64,000 bases of DNA from Candidatus Thorarchaeota archaeon (GTDB lineage: Archaea > Asgardarchaeota > Thorarchaeia > Thorarchaeales > Thorarchaeaceae), in the NCBI GenBank assembly GCA_019057475.1, contig DXJO01000010.1:128001-192000 (forward strand), given 5' to 3'. The position numbers and the translations under genes were made by a program. Below the pieces are notes generated by a model that ran no database searches, was not told where the DNA came from, and worked only from the letters and a program-made list of their open reading frames with translations. Of the stretch, positions 1 to 10,446 are shown in pieces; within the stretch, counting starts at the first letter, position 1, and each line of letters opens with the position of its first letter.

Positions 1-198
<198 letters not shown>

Positions 199-534
199 TT
201 ACATTCTATTAATCCTTTCAGTGTGTAACACACTCTGAAGATAACAACTGTGGCTTGCCTAAGCTACCTCTCTTCAGTATTCACAGATCACTGGACGAAT
301 TCAACTGGAACTGTAATGGTGATTGGTGTCCACGGGGATTGTTGAGAGCTCCGGATGCATGACGTAACAATCGAAAACGAGTCTAGGGTTACTGAACGCG
401 GACTATTATTTCTCATTCGCCTCCAGGATGCGGTCCTTACGGCGTGCGAGAGTTTCTGACTGCTTGTTTCATTGAATCTGTTACATGTGTTAATTGACCC
501 GGAAACCCAAGTATGGTGCAATCACCGCACGAGA

Positions 535-1785
535 TCAGCCATCATTCCCCTCGTTTCTCTCAGAGGACAACCATGAACATCTGGAGCCCGCCAATAGCAC
601 CGCGATGTAGCCAAGAGTGATGATGAGCGCTTGGACAATCCTCATGTCCGTTTCAGACAGCACACCCCTGACGGTAGTGAAGACGTAGACTGAAACCGCC
701 CAATTGCCCACGCTGTCTTGGGCGTACACATGAAGCAGATGTGGGCCGTTCTCCGAAGGTAGGGTGAGGTTGTAAGGCGCTACAAGGGTTATGTTCGTTC
801 TCATATCCCACCGACATACTACCCGAAATAATCCACTGACATCGACGATCGACAAGTTAACCATTGTATCCGGATCGTGAGTTGTACCGTTGGCTGGGCT
901 GTTCAGTGTGATGCTTGGCCCTGTGTCATCCACAGTGAATGTATAGGTCACGTGAGCTTGGTTCCCTGCCATATCCCATGCATAGACATCGATTGTGTGA
1001 AGACCGTCGCCCGCTGGCAAGGCCGTATCATATGGGCTGAGGAGGGTTGTATTGGTGTTTCCATCCCAACTTGATATGACTTCTGCAAGACCTAGCTGGT
1101 CCTCCACATTCAGATTTACTATGGTGCCAGACCTGTGAGCTGTGCTGCTTTGGGGGTTCGACAGGAATACTGTGGGACTGGTGTCATCTGTAACAAATCC
1201 GAATCTTTGGCCAGACCAATTTCCAGAGCCACCTTGGGCGTAGATGAAAAGCTCGTGTGGTCCATCGCCCACAGTCAGTTCGACATCGTAGGGGGCTGCG
1301 AGAGTATGAACTCCCCCAGTATCCCAATTGAATATGACTTGAACTACACCAGAAGCGTCGCTGACCTCAAGATCAATCATAATGCCCGAATGATGCATAC
1401 TGCCATTCTCTGGATAGACCAGCACGATGCTTGGGCCAGTTTCACTGGCAGAAACCGAGGATGTTTCTTCGCCACTGCCTATGGATTGATTCTGTTGGTT
1501 GGAGGTGGAAACATGGTCTTCAATGGGAGATGAGATACGGAAATCCCCTGCCTTTAAATCAGCATTCCTTCCGATTTGTGGGGGTGCTATCACCTGCAAT
1601 GCCATAGGTTCCTGGTGGATTGCACGCGTGTTTGAAGCTGGTGATTCCGAAGAAATACCACTCTCGTGCATTGTGGGAACCACGGAGTATGGAAGGGTAT
1701 AGGCGGAAGACAACGGGCAAAGAACCAAAGGCAATAGCAGAACAAGCATCCCAATCCCGGCGATTACTCTGGCGTTTGATGTCAA
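535..1785 (-). CDS. Secreted/cell-surface protein with three tandem Ig-like repeats and C-terminal membrane anchor
   Basis: Signal-like N-terminus, Ser-rich linker, three ~85-aa repeats (P.i.l..P.ng..h.sg..v.l.v.D.sG...V...WD....tL.aPY...Lp..dG.H.l.vYA.D..GN), C-terminal hydrophobic helix. Confidence 0.75.
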   Translation of the reverse strand: MTSNARVIAGIGMLVLLLPLVLCPLSSAYTLPYSVVPTMHESGISSESPASNTRAIHQEPMALQVIAPPQIGRNADLKAGDFRISSPIEDHVSTSNQQNQSIGSGEETSSVSASETGPSIVLVYPENGSMHHSGIMIDLEVSDASGVVQVIFNWDTGGVHTLAAPYDVELTVGDGPHELFIYAQGGSGNWSGQRFGFVTDDTSPTVFLSNPQSSTAHRSGTIVNLNVEDQLGLAEVISSWDGNTNTTLLSPYDTALPAGDGLHTIDVYAWDMAGNQAHVTYTFTVDDTGPSITLNSPANGTTHDPDTMVNLSIVDVSGLFRVVCRWDMRTNITLVAPYNLTLPSENGPHLLHVYAQDSVGNWAVSVYVFTTVRGVLSETDMRIVQALIITLGYIAVLLAGSRCSWLSSERNEGNDG

Positions 1786-2086
1786 GCAGGCTTTACCTCC
1801 CGATTTGCCTTAAAAAAGGACTGCACAACTAAGAATCTTTCTGTATGCTGATTCGGGGAAGGCTGCTGGATTTGCCCGCAGCGCGGGTGTGGTCATGATT
1901 TCTTTTGTTCTGATGTGGGTTCGTGTAATCCTCTCTCGGACTGATGCGATTTCGTTCGGGTTTCCGATGGTCTTCCTCCACACTGACAATTAGGCCCAGT
2001 CATGCTTATATCTGGGTAAACTTCAGAAATGGACCGTACAAACGACACAGACTATGAGGACATAATCCCTTACTGAGGCGAATGGA

Positions 2087-3415
2087 ATGAAGGTCATGAT
2101 AATCGGAGCTGGTTATGTGGGACTTACGATGGGCGTGGTCCTTTCAGCCACACACGAAGTTACGCTCTTGGATGTCGATGAAGACAAGGTGAAAGCCATT
2201 AACGAAATGAAATCACCAATCCATGAAAAAGGCATGTCTGATCTACTCACCCGGGGCATTTCAGAAGGACGCCTGAGGGCAATGACGCCGGATGAGGTTC
2301 TGGGTCGTCATGATATTGTGCTCATATGCGTCGGGACACCATCATCCTCAGATGGATCAGTTGACCTGAGCTACGTTGAGAGTGCCGCCACCATGGTTTT
2401 AGAAAGAGCCAATGAAATCTTCTCCAAGTACTGCGTCATTGGAATCAAGAGTACAGTTCCTCCTGGGACCACAAGAAGACTTGTGCTTGAACCTCTGGAC
2501 CGGGATGGATTCACCCATAGGGCTGGAGCTGCTTTCAACCCCGAGTTTCTGAGAGAAGGGTCCGCGATTGAGGACGCACAAAAACCCGACCGCATTGTGA
2601 TAGGTGCAAGTGATGCGAAGGCGTCAGAACTGGTGAAGCGCATGTACGAGGAATGCTTGACTAGAAACAGTACGGCATTCGTAGAAACATCTCTGGAATC
2701 AGCTGAACTATGCAAGTATGTAAGCAACAGTTTTCTTGCCTTGAAAATCTCTTTTGCAAACGAGATTGCTAACATTGTGGAGAGAATCCCTAGCGCAAAC
2801 TTCGCAGAGGTAATGATGGGGGTTGGATTGGACAGCAGGATTGCGCCTAGTTTCTTTGGTGCCGGCGCTGGCTACGGCGGTTCATGTTTGCCAAAGGATC
2901 TATCCGAGCTAATCCACCTGGCTCAGCATGACTTGAGCGTCGAAACTCCAATTCTGAAGGCGACACAACGAATCAATTCAGAAAGACCCCGGAAACTTGT
3001 TGACATGCTATTGAGATGTATCCCTGATGTTCATGGTGTAAAGATTTCTGTGCTAGGCTTGGCTTTCAAGCCCGAAACAGACGACATCCGCGAGTCGCCC
3101 AGTCTGAGCGTGATAGAAATACTCCAGACTCTTGGGGCAAAGGTCTGGGTTCATGACCCACTTCTCAACGAGATGCAACTAGATGACGAATTCATGAACT
3201 CCGTTACAGCAGTTGATGATCTTGACATTTGTCTGATAAACGCCTCTGGGTGCATTTTGATGACGAACTGGGAGAATTATGCGAATACAGGATTGGACGG
3301 CTTGACAAGACTTATGAAGAAGAAGATTTTTATCGATGGTCGAAGAGCATTCGTGAACGACAGCATGCCATCTGATGTTGTCTACATTGCTGTGGGGAAA
3401 CATCCTGGTTCGTGA
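2087..3415 (+). CDS. ugd: UDP-glucose/GDP-mannose 6-dehydrogenase
   Basis: GAGYVG, CVGTP, KSTVPPGTT, NPEFLREG, GYGGSCLPKD, LGLAFKPETDDIRESP motifs. Confidence 0.93.
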   Translation: MKVMIIGAGYVGLTMGVVLSATHEVTLLDVDEDKVKAINEMKSPIHEKGMSDLLTRGISEGRLRAMTPDEVLGRHDIVLICVGTPSSSDGSVDLSYVESAATMVLERANEIFSKYCVIGIKSTVPPGTTRRLVLEPLDRDGFTHRAGAAFNPEFLREGSAIEDAQKPDRIVIGASDAKASELVKRMYEECLTRNSTAFVETSLESAELCKYVSNSFLALKISFANEIANIVERIPSANFAEVMMGVGLDSRIAPSFFGAGAGYGGSCLPKDLSELIHLAQHDLSVETPILKATQRINSERPRKLVDMLLRCIPDVHGVKISVLGLAFKPETDDIRESPSLSVIEILQTLGAKVWVHDPLLNEMQLDDEFMNSVTAVDDLDICLINASGCILMTNWENYANTGLDGLTRLMKKKIFIDGRRAFVNDSMPSDVVYIAVGKHPGS

Positions 3416-3444
3416 AATGACTTCAGAACCTCTTTACGTAGGAA

Positions 3445-4413
3445 GTGCAAACACTGAGGGCAATAATACCAGTCGCCGGGAATGGATTACGCTTACGTCC
3501 GATTACTGAGTTGAAACCGAAGGTCCTCATCGAGGTTGCAGGCCGACCTGTTCTGGACCATATCCTCCGGAATCTTGCGGAGAGTAAGATCGACGAACTG
3601 GTGCTTATTGTGGGGCCCATGAAGAAGTTGGTAAAGGAATGGGCTGAGAAACTGTACGGTGACAGGTTCGCCCTGCGATACGTGAAGCAGGATAAGCAGT
3701 TGGGCTTGGGGCATGCGATCTACTGTGCGAAGGACTTCCTCGAAGGCAATGTACTGATTACTCTGGGAGATGAGATATTCTCCAGAAGCTATTCCTCGAT
3801 AATTGTATCAATGGGCTCTAACAACGCCGACGCAGCAATAGGAATTAAGGAAGTTGATGACCACCGTCACTATGGTATGATTAGAGTTGACAAAGACAAC
3901 ATTGTCACTGAGATGGTGGAGAAGCCACTGGAGTTTGATGGACGACTGGCTATTGCCGGCGTCTACTACCTGAGTGAAGCGTCACAGTTGAAGAAGGCTC
4001 TGGAGCAGACAATGAAGAAACGTGGCGTCGGAGGCGAGTATCAGCTCACTGATGCCCTTCAACTCATGGTTGAAGGTGGTATTCGCTTTTCGACTATCTC
4101 GGTAGGAGAATGGTATGACTGTGGCCGCCTTGAAACTTTGATGTCTAGCAATCGTCGTCTTCTAGAGAGAAGCCATTACGTGGATGAATCCGCGTACATT
4201 CTGAACTCTGAGATAATCGAACCCTGTTACATTGGTCCGAACACGAGAGTAGTCAACTCAAAGATAGGCCCCAATGTGTCCATGGGTGCAGGGGCATCGC
4301 TCGAAAGCTGTACACTTCGGGATTCGGTGGTCGAAAGCGGCACAATTGGAGCTGGCTATAACATTCGACAGTGCATTTTGTCCGGTAGTAAACTCCTTGG
4401 GTCAAACAGCTAA
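3445..4413 (+). CDS. Sugar-phosphate nucleotidyltransferase (glucose-1-phosphate thymidylyltransferase-like)
   Basis: AIIPVAGNGLRLRPIT...PK, QLGLGHA, EKP, GEYQLTDAL, WYDCG, and a C-terminal beta-helix-like tail. Confidence 0.88.
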   Translation: MQTLRAIIPVAGNGLRLRPITELKPKVLIEVAGRPVLDHILRNLAESKIDELVLIVGPMKKLVKEWAEKLYGDRFALRYVKQDKQLGLGHAIYCAKDFLEGNVLITLGDEIFSRSYSSIIVSMGSNNADAAIGIKEVDDHRHYGMIRVDKDNIVTEMVEKPLEFDGRLAIAGVYYLSEASQLKKALEQTMKKRGVGGEYQLTDALQLMVEGGIRFSTISVGEWYDCGRLETLMSSNRRLLERSHYVDESAYILNSEIIEPCYIGPNTRVVNSKIGPNVSMGAGASLESCTLRDSVVESGTIGAGYNIRQCILSGSKLLGSNS

Positions 4414-4423
4414 CGAGTGTTCC

Positions 4424-4486
4424 TCATAGCAGGTCGCTGACATGGAACACACCCACAATGTTTGTTTTTCCTTTTACATTCAATGT
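4424..4486 (-). repeat. Displaced remnant of pyruvate kinase 3' end (left island boundary)
   Basis: Reverse strand encodes TLNVKGKTNIVGVFHVSDLL*, versus pyk C-terminus TRNIEGKTNIVGVFHVRDLVE*. Confidence 0.85.
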
Positions 4487-4657
4487 CTATCCTTTTCATA
4501 CAATGAATTTCCTCACAAAGAAATGGAATTGACATCATCGTGAAATTCATGGGATATCTATCAATAAAGAAACTGGGAGCGGTAGAAAAGGCAGTTCATT
4601 CATGTTTTCGAAGAAGTCCCTAAGAGTTCAATTGCATGCATTTGCCATGAGATACGG

Positions 4658-5469
4658 GTGGTTGAACACATCCATCTTACAGCTGAACGGATAGCCAAGT
4701 ATGCCGCAGTCATTAGAAAGCACAAGCCACGTATTGTGGTATGCTATGCTTCATGTCTATACTTGTCTGCTGAATTCCTAAGAACTGAAAGCATAGAGAT
4801 TCCATGCCCACAGGGTGTTCAAAGCAGTGCTGAGATGCTTCATGACTGGCAACTGTCTGCAATAAGTGCACAGTTCGAGTGTCCGGTTATGACAGGTACG
4901 GATGTAGAGAGGTAGGCGACATTGTCCACGAGTGTTCAGCTCATGATGGACTACATATTTCGCAAGAACTGATGCACGTAGAAGTACTGAAGGATGGTGA
5001 ATCCACAGCCTATGGGGAAGAGGGTGATATAGTAATTACATCCTTCGCGAACTACGCTTTTCCATTCATTAGATGCCATATCGGAGATTTCGGTGTGCTC
5101 CTTGATCCCGATGATTCATGCACATGTGGAAGAAGTTTCATTAAGATGTCACCTAAGGTTGGACGAAGCACCGACATTTTTCACTTCGAAAACGGACTTA
5201 TTGTTCATGGTAAATTTTTCACCCATCTATTCTACGACGCTCTCTCAGTTCGTCAGTTTCAAGTAGTTCAGAAATCGTATTCTAAAATTGAAATTAGGAT
5301 TGTACCCTCAAACTCCCTAGATGATGTCTCAGTTGGTCCGATTACTGAGGTGACACGTCAGAGTGTAGGATTACCAATCGATGTGGACTTTGTATTCACT
5401 GACAGAATCAAACCATCTCCTACTGGGATGCATCGCTTTGCAGTTTCCGAAGTTAAGCCATTGTTATGA
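4658..5469 (+). pseudogene. Phenylacetate-CoA ligase/CapK-like adenylate-forming enzyme, 5'-truncated and frameshifted
   Basis: Two overlapping ORFs (..YASCLY..SSAEML.. and YDRYGCREVG..EC..H..G...ITSFANYAFPFIRC.IGD..GRSTD) form one CapK-type protein; the N-terminus is missing. Confidence 0.75.
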
Positions 5470-5562
5470 TCCCATTCGGGCGGCGAGTAGATAGTCATCT
5501 TTGGACATACAAATGCGGGGTCGTGCAGTATCACTCCAAATCGCCAATACTGGTTGCCAGAC

Positions 5563-7197
5563 TTAATGATTCTGTTGCAGGGGTTCATCACTTCCGGCGC
5601 TAGAATTCACAAGCGATAATACCATCCTCTCGTATTTCAAAATGGGGCCTATAGCGAGGTTTATCCCTCTCATGGCTCCTAACGCACCATCAAGAATTCT
5701 AATGTCCTGATCTCTCACTGCTCGAGTTAATGGCAACAGGGTCAAGTAGAAAAGAATGAACAATGAAAAACCTGCAATCACCGTTGCCACGTAGTGCATC
5801 TCAACCAGTTGGTTGAGCAGGAGTATCATCACTGCCGCGATGCCTGAGCTCAGATAGATTCTGCCCAAGCTCAGGAAATCATATTTCAAATGTAACTGCT
5901 GCTTGCCTTTCCAGAGTCCAACAATGCAGGCTAAGAGTGTGGATACAAAATGCGCGGCGATGAGACCTTGCCCTCCAGCTAGTGCCGTAGAAATGAATCC
6001 AAGAGGCAAGAAAGCTACCACGTAGACGACATAGAATAGCAATGTTAGGGTATTCTTCCCAACGCCGCTGAAGAAACTAGTCAAGACACCATTCCCAAGT
6101 CCTACAAGTAGGAACACGCTGGAGAAAAGGGTCAAATACATTGATGCTGTAGCATATTCGCTTCCGTACAGAAGAAGTATGATCTCTTGGGACATAATCA
6201 TGAATATGGTTGCTGCAGGAACGATTACTAACGCGACATAGCGATGAGCCATTGCGAAGGCGCGACTGATGTCGGAATCTCCTGACAATGTACTGACTCT
6301 CGAGAAAGCTGGGAGCAACGCAATAAAGAGAGGAGCGGAAACAGCTCGTAGCAAAGTGGAGATGTTTACTGCAACACTGAAGTTTCCCACATCAACATCA
6401 GAGCTGAATGCTGCCAGAAGTACAAGCCTATATTGAATGGCAAAAGCTGCGATAATGGTTACGGCGTAAAGCGGAAGACCAAAGATCATAATCAATTTCG
6501 TATAGTATGTCTTGTTTCGCCCTTTGAAATTCACTTCTCCGTATTTCTGGAGTTCCTTCGCAAGCAAAGCTATAGAAATCACTCCTGTGACAACATAGGA
6601 AAGAACGAATCCAGATATGGCTCCAAACATCTCTAGACCAATAAGTATTAAGAAAACGGACATGCCTGCTTTCATGGATGCTTGGAAGATTCTGATGAAC
6701 CCACTCCATGAGGGTTTGTCCAGGCTCTGGAGTGCAAAGAACGCCACCCAGAATAAACCCTCGAATGCAACAGCAATGCATGAGAATGCTATGTATGGAG
6801 CTAGTGATGGCCTACCAAGTACAGCTTCTGCAAACAGGCCAGACAGTAGGAATCCTGTGATAGAAACAAAGGCAACGATAAGCAGCCTTAGAAGGAGTCC
6901 CACTCTGAGGGTCCTTAGCGCTTCCTTGTCATTTCCTTCTGCACGCATCTTTGGAACATATCTGACTAGTGCGATATCTATTCCAAAGATCGAGAACGAG
7001 AATAATAGTGAGGGCAGGACAAGTGCCAGACTATACTGAGCATATAGAACTGGGCCAAGCAGTCTTCCAACTAGTATTGTGCCTATCCCGTTGACAATGG
7101 TAGCCGTAACCATACCAAGCACAAGGGAAGTTGCGCCTCTAATCGAATCCTCTGCAAGGTCGGTTAGATTCTCGTTCGTTGGATTTACCGCACTCAC
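5563..7197 (-). CDS. Polysaccharide flippase (Wzx/MOP family)
   Basis: About 14 hydrophobic segments; RLLGP..Y..YSL, G...ALVRY and LLPAFS motifs. Confidence 0.88.
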   Translation of the reverse strand: MSAVNPTNENLTDLAEDSIRGATSLVLGMVTATIVNGIGTILVGRLLGPVLYAQYSLALVLPSLLFSFSIFGIDIALVRYVPKMRAEGNDKEALRTLRVGLLLRLLIVAFVSITGFLLSGLFAEAVLGRPSLAPYIAFSCIAVAFEGLFWVAFFALQSLDKPSWSGFIRIFQASMKAGMSVFLILIGLEMFGAISGFVLSYVVTGVISIALLAKELQKYGEVNFKGRNKTYYTKLIMIFGLPLYAVTIIAAFAIQYRLVLLAAFSSDVDVGNFSVAVNISTLLRAVSAPLFIALLPAFSRVSTLSGDSDISRAFAMAHRYVALVIVPAATIFMIMSQEIILLLYGSEYATASMYLTLFSSVFLLVGLGNGVLTSFFSGVGKNTLTLLFYVVYVVAFLPLGFISTALAGGQGLIAAHFVSTLLACIVGLWKGKQQLHLKYDFLSLGRIYLSSGIAAVMILLLNQLVEMHYVATVIAGFSLFILFYLTLLPLTRAVRDQDIRILDGALGAMRGINLAIGPILKYERMVLSLVNSSAGSDEPLQQNH

Positions 7198-7420
7198 ATC
7201 TCCATTTCTAGTCTTAAGCCGCAGCTCGGTTTCTTGCTGGTTCAGCTCTCCTCCTTATTATGATTACCTCGCAAGTCAATCTAATGCTACCGAAACATAC
7301 TTCTGACAAGGAGGTGCGGAACCTGAAATGCCACTGTTCAACGGGCATGTGCAATCCTACTGAACACTCTCCATCCTCCACACAACTCAGGTTCTGTGCA
7401 AACATGACCCTGGAAAAGGG

Positions 7421-7561
7421 CTTCTGCTTCCTGAGCTACAAATTAGGGAGTATGTGATAGTGCATTTGGCCTATGCCATCGAGAAGATGAAGTCAATGGA
7501 AGCCAAGAAGACACTAGCACTCTTTGAAGAGATGGCGAAGTTCGCAGAAGAAACTGAATAG
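7421..7561 (+). pseudogene. hypC: Remnant of hydrogenase maturation chaperone HypC (C-terminal half)
   Basis: Manual translation LLLPELQIREYVIVHLAYAIEKMKSMEAKKTLALFEEM resembles HypC GDYVLVHxGxAI.K..EEEA..TL; no MCLAIP N-terminus in frame. Confidence 0.55.
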
Positions 7562-7618
7562 ACCTGGAGTTTGATTGTAGAAAATGGGCAGATGGATCTT
7601 TGGAGAATAATTCATTAG

Positions 7619-8119
7619 ATGAAGCCAATGGTGGAGGTCATGCGACGATTTCGTCCAGAGCTGCTCAAAGGACTCACTGTACTTTGCATCTTCTTTACCG
7701 TGATAGTTTCCACAGAACTACTCCTGCCTTATCCAATTGAACATGCCCGATACACGTCTATTGACATCAGGAAAATCATCCAGAATCCCATTCCCTTTGA
7801 AGGACATGAGATATCGTCGGCTGCAACAGTTTCTACAGTTATCACCAATGAGTCATTTTCTATAGCTGAGGTCGCGGAAGGAGTCATACTAGTTTTCTCT
7901 TCTTCAGTTGGTCATCCAAGAGAAGGCGACAGAGTCATGTTCCGCGGCACTTCCTGGATTCATTTGAACAACTCAATTCTGGTACACGAGTTCTACACGC
8001 TAGACTACAACAGCTCGTTAATTCGCTCCATTCCTGGAATCCTCTTGTTCTTGGTGATGTTTTTCACAGTCTTCACGATAGACCTCAATCGTCTGGCATT
8101 TGTGACCCGGAGGCGCTGA
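7619..8119 (+). CDS. Membrane-anchored hypothetical protein (possible OB-fold)
   Basis: N- and C-terminal TM helices flanking a beta-rich domain (P.EGDRV.FRG). Confidence 0.6.
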   Translation: MKPMVEVMRRFRPELLKGLTVLCIFFTVIVSTELLLPYPIEHARYTSIDIRKIIQNPIPFEGHEISSAATVSTVITNESFSIAEVAEGVILVFSSSVGHPREGDRVMFRGTSWIHLNNSILVHEFYTLDYNSSLIRSIPGILLFLVMFFTVFTIDLNRLAFVTRRR

Positions 8120-8120
8120 A

Positions 8121-8621
8121 ATGCCGGACGTGTTTACGCACTTCCTAGTCGGTGTGTCAATTGCACTACTTGTGCGCAAAGACGGCAGCAGGGCAGAACG
8201 GATGCTGATAATCTTAGGTGCGGTCTTGATAGATATTGAACGCCCATTCTCATGGTTACTCGCAAGTACTGAGTTCTATTGGATTGGACTGACCCCAGCG
8301 TTTCACTCCATATTAGGGGCTGTTTTCCTCTCCTACTCTGCAGCTGCCTGTTTCGATTTGGAGCACACCACTTTCAGGGAGCGGGTCAAGCTGATTCTCA
8401 TTGGTTGCACAGTTCATCTCCTACTGGACATGACAATGTATCCCTGGGAGGAGCGTGGCCTCTATCTTCTTTATCCTCTCAAAATCACGTTTTCATTCAA
8501 TCTTCTTTGGCCAGACTTCTGGTGGCTTCCTGTGTTTGGTATAGCGAGTCTTCTTGTTGCCTTGGGCATTAGATACCTGATGACTCTCACTCAGTCAAGT
8601 AAGGCAGAACGCGATTCGTAG
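8121..8621 (+). CDS. Membrane-bound metal-dependent hydrolase (YdjM-like)
   Basis: MPD.FTH, GA.L.DI, FHSI, HLLLD and G..LLYP motifs. Confidence 0.8.
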   Translation: MPDVFTHFLVGVSIALLVRKDGSRAERMLIILGAVLIDIERPFSWLLASTEFYWIGLTPAFHSILGAVFLSYSAAACFDLEHTTFRERVKLILIGCTVHLLLDMTMYPWEERGLYLLYPLKITFSFNLLWPDFWWLPVFGIASLLVALGIRYLMTLTQSSKAERDS

Positions 8622-9214
8622 ACACTTTCTGTTTGTTAGAGGCACGGAGTCTGAAGAGGTATGGCATGATTCCAAGGGCGACCTTTCACGAAACCTCGTC
8701 ATTTGGCCTTCTGTTCTCAATGATTCTCGACTTGCCAGACCGAGATTGACCTGACAATGATGGATTCACCAGAACTCCCTTCGATAGCTATCCGGAATTC
8801 CCCATAGTAACCTCACCTATGATTATTCTGTTGATGCGGCAGTATCATACACTGTCACCAGCCGACAATGTCCGGAAACCTGTGCCCTAGTTACTGAAGA
8901 CTTCTGACTCCCATACTAACATTGCCTGAAACAGGTGTTGATGTGAAAGCAATACTCAGGCAAAAGGAGTGGGGTGGTGCGAATCTCCTTGTGCATCTCA
9001 ATGGCCCTAATCCGCTCGTCAGCTTTTCTTGCAAACATTGGCGGGCAGGGGATTCCCGAAACATGTATCCGAGCGGGCATATCAACGAACGCGCTACATG
9101 TTTGCTCCATTCCTCGTTTCTCCCACGAAGACTTAAGAGATGTGGGCATACGTAATGGGGATGCGCAAGGCCCCAGTTTCAATGAAAAATGGGGGTACCA
9201 CGGAGGTTCGTTGA

Positions 9215-10348
9215 ATGAGGGTTGCCCATATTTGTCCCTTTGTAGGAGAGCAGATGGGTGGCAGCGAAAGATATGCATGGACTCTCGCGAAGAAACAGGC
9301 GAAAGAATATGACGTTCATGTATACACGACCACTCAAAACGCTAGACGTACAGGAACCATCGAGTCAAATGGTGTGACAATCCACCGATTCTACAGCCCA
9401 ATTGTTGTGTGGAACATCAACCCAATCAGTCTGATGCTTAGGTCACTTGTAAACTCAGATATCGACCTATTTCACATTCATTCGTACCTCTACACACCCT
9501 CGAACCAAGCCGTGTTCGCCAAGATAGTCAAAAAGAAGAAGGCCCTTCTGCAGTTACACGGTGGCATTGGGCTGCCACCGTACAAGACATGCTGGGTCAA
9601 GCTTGCTGCGAAGAAGTTCTATGACGTATCTCTTGGCAAGTTCATGATGAATCATAGCGATATAATCGCATCAGTGTCCAAGTCCGACCTAGATGCAGTC
9701 GAATCCCAGTTCTCTATTCCAAAGGGCCGGCTGCGTTACGTGCCGAATGTCGTAGACACCTCTGTTTTCAAACCCGAAACGAAGCAGCACTCGAATGGAA
9801 GAACACTGCTGTATGTAGGTGATTTGGAGCCCTGGAAAGGCGTTTGTTCACTGATGGAGTGGATGCGTGCTCAGAGTCGGTGGGATGGAGGCAATATCAC
9901 AGTGCGTTTTGTGGGTCAAGGCTCGTTGCTCAGTCGCCTTCGAAAGATGCAGCGTGAGTTTCAGAAAGACAGGCAAGATGTTCGCATTGAGGTCCTGGGC
10001 CCGAAAGACCACAGTGAAATACCTACGCTCATGAGGGACGCTGATGCATTGATACTCCCCTCCTATTGGGAAGGAATGCCAACTGTTGTTCTCGAGGCCA
10101 TGGCGTCTGGAACGCTTGTAATATCGACTCGTGTCGGTAACATACCTAGAATGATTGAACATCTTGGCACGGGCTTGTTGATTGATAGATCAGCTGCCAG
10201 TTTTCAAGAAGCAGTATCCACGGTTCTCTTTGATGTGAAAGCTGTGAGGCGCATCACTGAGAATGCAAGGAAACTGGTTGAGCGGGAGTTCAGTCTTGAC
10301 AAGGCCAACCTGATTCTACATGGTCTATACTCGGAGATGCTGGAGTGA
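9215..10348 (+). CDS. Glycosyltransferase family 4
   Basis: GGSE, VPNVVD, LPSYWEGMPTVVLEAMASG. Confidence 0.92.
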   Translation: MRVAHICPFVGEQMGGSERYAWTLAKKQAKEYDVHVYTTTQNARRTGTIESNGVTIHRFYSPIVVWNINPISLMLRSLVNSDIDLFHIHSYLYTPSNQAVFAKIVKKKKALLQLHGGIGLPPYKTCWVKLAAKKFYDVSLGKFMMNHSDIIASVSKSDLDAVESQFSIPKGRLRYVPNVVDTSVFKPETKQHSNGRTLLYVGDLEPWKGVCSLMEWMRAQSRWDGGNITVRFVGQGSLLSRLRKMQREFQKDRQDVRIEVLGPKDHSEIPTLMRDADALILPSYWEGMPTVVLEAMASGTLVISTRVGNIPRMIEHLGTGLLIDRSAASFQEAVSTVLFDVKAVRRITENARKLVEREFSLDKANLILHGLYSEMLE

Positions 10349-10446
10349 GCTGCCAACCGAACGTAGTGTGAATGAACACTTGCCGTTCCAGAGTTCTCTT
10401 TCCGAATGCGCAGGGGTTGGGCATCAAGCCGTAGATTATGATGAAT

